The translations under genes and the position numbers were made by a program. Under the pieces are notes generated by a model. That model ran no database searches, had not been told where the DNA came from, and worked only from the letters and a program-made list of their open reading frames with translations. From IMG/VR virus record IMGVR_UViG_3300025778_000009: 64,000 bases of DNA; one strand, given 5' to 3'. Of the stretch, positions 58,982 through 64,000 are shown in pieces (the stretch's first letter is position 1; each line of letters starts with the position of its first letter). Origin of the DNA: a virus (Duplodnaviria > Heunggongvirae > Uroviricota > Caudoviricetes).

Positions 58982-60019
58982 ATGTCAATAGTATTTCCAA
59001 GTAAACCATCTAATAATCAAGTTTTTATTTCAGGTAGTAGACAATACATCTGGAATAATGCTTATGGTGTTTGGAAATCATCCACCTTAACTGGTACATA
59101 TAATTTTACATCTGGTAATACTATACCAACTAATCCTAATGCAGGGGATCGTTGGTATAATACTGATTATGGTACTGAATTGGTTTATGTGTTAGATCCG
59201 GATGGATCTTCTTCACAATGGGTGGAAATTACAGGTGGTCAAACGGGATTTACAGGTTATACTGGATCAACAGGATATATAGGATCTATTGGTTATGTAG
59301 GATCCATTGGTAGTTTAGGATATACTGGTTCTGCTGGGTTATCATCAGCTGTTACACCCGCACAAGGTAATTCACAACAATTTACAGCCACTGGTACTTC
59401 TGATACATTCATCTTAGGAAGTACTTTAGCTAATACACCGGACGCTGTTGTTTCTATAAATGGTTTAGTATTAACACCATCAATACATTATAATTATATT
59501 TCATATACCAATCAACCGGCTATTCAATTTACAACAACCCCAAGATTAAATGATTTAATTGAAGTAAGAACATTTGTTGGTGGTGTTGGATATACTGGTT
59601 CACTAGGTCAACAAGGTCCGGCTGGTGGATATACAGGTTCACAAGGTTCAATCGGATTTGTAGGATCAATTGGTGGTTTAGGATATACAGGATCAATTGG
59701 TTATACAGGATCCTCTGCTCAATATCTTTCTGCTAATGCTCTCTCACAATTTTTTGTTTCAACAGGAGCTACAACAACCTTTGCTCTTTCAACATCGGTT
59801 GCCAATCAAAACAATATTATTGTTACAATGGATGGATTAGTACAGTCACCTGTCTTTCATTATACTATTACAGGTTCGGTTCTTGCATTTACGTCAATAC
59901 CTCCATTAAATAGTATTATTGAAGTAAGAAATTTTGAATCAGGAACAGGTGGTTCTGGAAGTGGATCCATAAGTAAGAGTGTAGCTTACACATATTCCCT
60001 AATATTTGGAAGAGGATAA
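58982..60019 (+). CDS. fibre-associated protein with GYTGS repeats
   Basis: GDRWYNTDYG; two V.INGLV..P...Y...IEVR modules. Confidence 0.65.
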   Translation: MSIVFPSKPSNNQVFISGSRQYIWNNAYGVWKSSTLTGTYNFTSGNTIPTNPNAGDRWYNTDYGTELVYVLDPDGSSSQWVEITGGQTGFTGYTGSTGYIGSIGYVGSIGSLGYTGSAGLSSAVTPAQGNSQQFTATGTSDTFILGSTLANTPDAVVSINGLVLTPSIHYNYISYTNQPAIQFTTTPRLNDLIEVRTFVGGVGYTGSLGQQGPAGGYTGSQGSIGFVGSIGGLGYTGSIGYTGSSAQYLSANALSQFFVSTGATTTFALSTSVANQNNIIVTMDGLVQSPVFHYTITGSVLAFTSIPPLNSIIEVRNFESGTGGSGSGSISKSVAYTYSLIFGRG

Positions 60020-60020
60020 A

Positions 60021-60386
60021 ATGACTGCTCCTAATCTTTTAGCAATTTCATCAGTTACAGGCGGCACAGCAGCTGCAAACGTATCCATTGTTTCTGCTAA
60101 TATAGTAAGTAATGCTTTAAATAGCAACACTGTAATTAAAATTAATAGTCTTGTAATCAGTAATGCTAATACATTTTCAAGCACGGTAGCTATTACTGCA
60201 GGTCTAATAAGAGCTGCAGGAAGTTATACAGTAGCTTCTAGTATTGCCGTTCCTGGAAATGCTGCTTTAATTGCTATTTCTAAAGATGCTAACATTTACT
60301 TAGTAGAAGGTGATGCATTGTACGTCTATAGTAATGCTAATACTTCTCTACAAGCTTTATGTTCATATGAAATTTTAGCTACTTAA
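60021..60386 (+). CDS. small structural protein
   Basis: APNL..KINSLVISN..IYLVEGD..CSYE. Confidence 0.65.
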   Translation: MTAPNLLAISSVTGGTAAANVSIVSANIVSNALNSNTVIKINSLVISNANTFSSTVAITAGLIRAAGSYTVASSIAVPGNAALIAISKDANIYLVEGDALYVYSNANTSLQALCSYEILAT

Positions 60387-60398
60387 TATAGGTAAATT

Positions 60399-63368
60399 AT
60401 GGTTTCCTTTCCTGGTGGTATTATCAGCTCTACCCAATACAATCCATCATTAGGTGGTGCTTCTGGCATGTGGTCTTTAACTACTCAGATGCAAAGTACA
60501 AGAGCTGGTTTGTGGCCAAACGTCTCTTTCTCTGTTGGTTCGATTAACGCTACCTCATTATTTGTAGGAGGAGGCGGTGGTGGTGGTACAAATTTTGGTG
60601 CAGGTGGGGGCGCAGGCGGTTTAGTATATAGTACGGCACAGTTATTTACAGGTATAAATTATACCGTAGTTATCGGTGCAGGAGGAGCAGGTGGAACCAA
60701 TTCTGTAGGAAGTGGTGGATCTAACGGTAGTAACACAACATTTACAGCAGCTGGTGGTAGTATTAATATAAATGCTATAGGAGGAGGCGGAGGTGGTTCT
60801 GCAAACGGAGTCCCTGCTATCGGTATAAGTGGCCAAAATGGTGGATCAGGCGGCGGCGGTGGTGGTGGCACTTCTACTGTTGGTGTGCAAGGATTTGCCC
60901 CATATGGTCAAGGTAATCCTGGTGGTATTGGTGTAGTGAGTGGAACTGGATTTGTTTATGCAGGTGGAGGCGGTGGAGCTGGAGCAGTAGGCGGCTCTGC
61001 TACTAGTACAGCAGGCGGGGCAGGAGGTAACGGCCTTTCATACAATATAGCTAACGGTACTTTATTATATTATGCAGGTGGAGGCGGAGCTGCTGGTTAT
61101 GCTGGAGCAGGCGGCGGACAAGGCGGATTAGGTGGCGGTGGTAGTGGAAATAACACCACAAGTGGTTCAGGTTCATCAGGCAATACTAACTTAGGTGGCG
61201 GAGGTGGTGGTGGCGCATCTACAGCAGGATACGGTAATACAGGCGGTTCTGGCGTTGCAATTATTTCTTATCCTATGCCACAATATTTTACTGGTGGTGT
61301 AGTAACTAATATTAATAATAGTAATGTTGTACACACCTTTAATACATCAGGTTTACTAAATGCATTATTAACACCGATTGATACATATCAAATTTATAAT
61401 ACATTACTAATTCACGGGGATGGAAATAATGGTGCAAATAATAGTGTGTTTATTGATTCTAGTTCAATAAACAATACTATGACAAGACAAGGTTCTACAA
61501 CACAAGGTAGTTTCTCACCATTCTCCACTACTAGTTGGAGTGTTTATTTTCCAGGAACATCAACTGATTACTTGACAGCAACTGTACCGGCAATTGGTAC
61601 TAGTGACTTTACTGTTGAATTCTGGTTTTGGCCTATAGCCCCAGTATTTTCAACAGCCAATTTTCCTACTTTATTTGAATTAGGTCCTTCACAGATTACT
61701 GGTAATCTGGGTGTATGGTGGAACGGATCTAATTTTACACTTAGAACAGGTGGTGCTTCAGCTTCAGGCGATATTAGATATAGTACTGCTGGATTAACAC
61801 TAAATACATGGAACTATATTTCTATTAATCGTGTTGGTGGTGCTTATAACGTTTATTATAATGGTGTAGCACAGACGTCAACAGGTAATGGTGGTACTAT
61901 AGTAAATAATCTTACTGGTACAGCACTATCTATAGGATATAGTACAGGTATTGGTGGGGGTTCGGTATACAATGGATATATTAGCAATTTTAGATATGTA
62001 GTTGGTAATGCTGTATATTCAACCAATTATTCACCTACTACAACACAACTTACTGTTATAGCTAACACTGCACTTTTATCTTTACAATCAAATAGAAACG
62101 TTGGAGCAAATACAACGGTTAGTAATGTTGCTATCACTGTTGTAGGAAATGCTACACAAGTAAATACACTTTCACCTTTCAACCCAACTACTGGTTATTC
62201 AAATGCAGTTGGGGGTAGTATACTTACAGGTATCACGAGTGGAGACGGGTTAACTACAACTTCATATAGTACATCAACCGGTAGATTTACTGGTGATTTT
62301 ACAGTTGAATGTTGGTTCTATATGAACAATGTTACTGGTACTCAAACAATATTTACACATAGAACAACTGGTTTCGTACCTATATTGGTATGGGTAGTTT
62401 CTGGTACTCTTACACTCTATATGTCATCAGCAGGCGCATCTTGGGATATTATTAATGGACAATCTCTAGGTACTGTTAATGCTGGTCAATGGTATCATTA
62501 TGCACTTGTAAGAAGTGGTAATTCTATTAAATCATACTTAAACGGCGTTGTAGTAGGAGCAGGAGCAACTAGCAGTGCAACTTTAGACTCTTCTACATTA
62601 CCTTTCCGTGTAGGAGGTACAGCTTCAACTACAGAATATTTTAACGGATATATTAGTAATGTGAGAATGGTAAATGGTACAGCAGTATATACTGCTCCTT
62701 TTACTCCGCCAACTGCTCCTTTGACTGCAGTTACTAATACTACACTTCTTTTAAATGCAAATAATGCAAGTATTATTGATCATGCACAAAAAGTAAATTT
62801 AATTACTTATGGAACAGCTTCAGTTTCTACTGCTCAAAGTAAGTTTGGTGGTGGTAGTATGTATTTTGATACAAGTAATACTGCATACATTGCTGCTCAA
62901 ACTGCGTTGTTTGCAACTGGCACTAGTACTGGTGACTTTACTGCAGAATGCTGGGTATATCCTACTGCGCTATACTCTTCTGGAGTAGCTTCACCTACAT
63001 TATTGTCTGCATGGAACGTTGGTGGTACAACTGGATGGGAACTTTGTATTGCTACACAAGGTGTATATGTAAGAAATAACTCTTCTACTATTATAGCAAC
63101 AGGGGGAACAGTAACTACTAATCAATGGTACCATATTGCATTAGTAAGATATGGTACAACAATATCATTATATCTTAATGGTACATTAGTAAATTCAACA
63201 ACTACTGGGTACACATTTACAGATACTATATTTACTATTGGGGCTGCTTATAATAATGCTGCTACATCTAATTTTAACGGATATATTGATGATGTTCGCT
63301 TTACTAAAGGATACGCACGTTACACATCAAACTTTACACCACCAACATCTGCATTTTTAAACACTTAA
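60399..63368 (+). CDS. Gly-rich protein with three LamG/ConA-like domains
   Basis: GGGGAGG tract; three DFT(V/A)E(F/C)W...GYI(S/D)..R modules. Confidence 0.75.
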   Translation: MVSFPGGIISSTQYNPSLGGASGMWSLTTQMQSTRAGLWPNVSFSVGSINATSLFVGGGGGGGTNFGAGGGAGGLVYSTAQLFTGINYTVVIGAGGAGGTNSVGSGGSNGSNTTFTAAGGSININAIGGGGGGSANGVPAIGISGQNGGSGGGGGGGTSTVGVQGFAPYGQGNPGGIGVVSGTGFVYAGGGGGAGAVGGSATSTAGGAGGNGLSYNIANGTLLYYAGGGGAAGYAGAGGGQGGLGGGGSGNNTTSGSGSSGNTNLGGGGGGGASTAGYGNTGGSGVAIISYPMPQYFTGGVVTNINNSNVVHTFNTSGLLNALLTPIDTYQIYNTLLIHGDGNNGANNSVFIDSSSINNTMTRQGSTTQGSFSPFSTTSWSVYFPGTSTDYLTATVPAIGTSDFTVEFWFWPIAPVFSTANFPTLFELGPSQITGNLGVWWNGSNFTLRTGGASASGDIRYSTAGLTLNTWNYISINRVGGAYNVYYNGVAQTSTGNGGTIVNNLTGTALSIGYSTGIGGGSVYNGYISNFRYVVGNAVYSTNYSPTTTQLTVIANTALLSLQSNRNVGANTTVSNVAITVVGNATQVNTLSPFNPTTGYSNAVGGSILTGITSGDGLTTTSYSTSTGRFTGDFTVECWFYMNNVTGTQTIFTHRTTGFVPILVWVVSGTLTLYMSSAGASWDIINGQSLGTVNAGQWYHYALVRSGNSIKSYLNGVVVGAGATSSATLDSSTLPFRVGGTASTTEYFNGYISNVRMVNGTAVYTAPFTPPTAPLTAVTNTTLLLNANNASIIDHAQKVNLITYGTASVSTAQSKFGGGSMYFDTSNTAYIAAQTALFATGTSTGDFTAECWVYPTALYSSGVASPTLLSAWNVGGTTGWELCIATQGVYVRNNSSTIIATGGTVTTNQWYHIALVRYGTTISLYLNGTLVNSTTTGYTFTDTIFTIGAAYNNAATSNFNGYIDDVRFTKGYARYTSNFTPPTSAFLNT

Positions 63369-63396
63369 TAAATACAATATAAACATATAGGTCATC

Positions 63397-63978
63397 ATGG
63401 CATATCAACATATTAATCCGCTTTTATTATCGGCAAATAACACATCCAATGGTGCTGTACTAGCTTCTAATGGAAGCTCAGCTTATTGGACTAATTATTC
63501 GTTTGTAAATTGGCCAGCGTTTAGTGTATATGCTAATAATAGTGCGACAAGTATTGCAAATACTAATCAACAAATTGCTACATTTAATAATAAAGATTTT
63601 GATACCGCTAACTGCTATAATGCTACCGGTAGTACTGCAACACTGAATGGCTTAACTGTTCCTGCATGGAGTTTTTGTCCAAACGTTCCAGGATATTATC
63701 AAATAAATTCAACAGTAAGATTAAATGGTAACGTTGGTATTGGTGAACAGATGCTTGTTGTATGGAAAAACGGAACCGAATGGAAGCGTGGTTGGAACGC
63801 ATCAGGTGTTTCTTGGGCTAATAACTGGTACTCTATGGCAGTTTCTACTCTAGTTTATTTAAACGGTACTGGAGATTATTGTAGTATTTACGTGCAACAG
63901 GGCAGTAATGTTACACAAACAATAACTGGTGGATCTAATATCTCTTATTTTAACGGTTCAATGGTAAGAGGCGGATAA
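63397..63978 (+). CDS. C1q/TNF-like domain fibre-tip protein
   Basis: PAFSVY..FDTANCY..F.PNVPGYYQIN..LVYLNGTGDY..FNGSMVR. Confidence 0.7.
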   Translation: MAYQHINPLLLSANNTSNGAVLASNGSSAYWTNYSFVNWPAFSVYANNSATSIANTNQQIATFNNKDFDTANCYNATGSTATLNGLTVPAWSFCPNVPGYYQINSTVRLNGNVGIGEQMLVVWKNGTEWKRGWNASGVSWANNWYSMAVSTLVYLNGTGDYCSIYVQQGSNVTQTITGGSNISYFNGSMVRGG

Positions 63979-63980
63979 TA

Positions 63981-64000
63981 ATGGCATACCCACAAGTTAC
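63981..64000 (+). CDS. start of the next gene (partial)
   Basis: ATG GCA TAC CCA CAA GTT directly after the stop codon. Confidence 0.4.

Overview
AT-rich window of a large T4-like myophage, almost entirely coded on the + strand. Phage evidence: TATAAATA late promoters, thyX, PAAR, T4 internal-protein-type MKTFxxxxxE N-termini and a long fibre region. The host is probably an alphaproteobacterium (Rhizobiales-type porin, PlcP/Agt pair). (1) 1-3 kb: small early genes and a Ro60/TROVE-like vWA protein (DUF2828 type). It is accompanied by two tandem arrays of small stem-closed RNAs joined by the linker CTGTTGATTTTAG; one unit carries a circularly permuted tRNA module (YrlA-type Y RNA). This is the best candidate for an undescribed system. 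(2) 3-13 kb and 23-27 kb: a dispersed tRNA cluster with atypical and broken tRNAs, two free-standing homing-type endonucleases, an aminoacyl-tRNA-protein-transferase-like gene, a lipase, a PlcP-Agt lipid-remodelling pair and an exported nuclease. (3) 13-23 kb: a sugar-nucleotide/glycosylation cluster containing a form IV RuBisCO-like protein. (4) 27-35.5 kb: thyX, a porin and putative capsid-packaged proteins, including a split ligase-like gene. (5) 35.5-64 kb: PAAR and a long run of collagen-like (GYTGS), Gly-rich, LamG and C1q-like fibre genes. All assignments come from motif recognition by eye; no searches were run.
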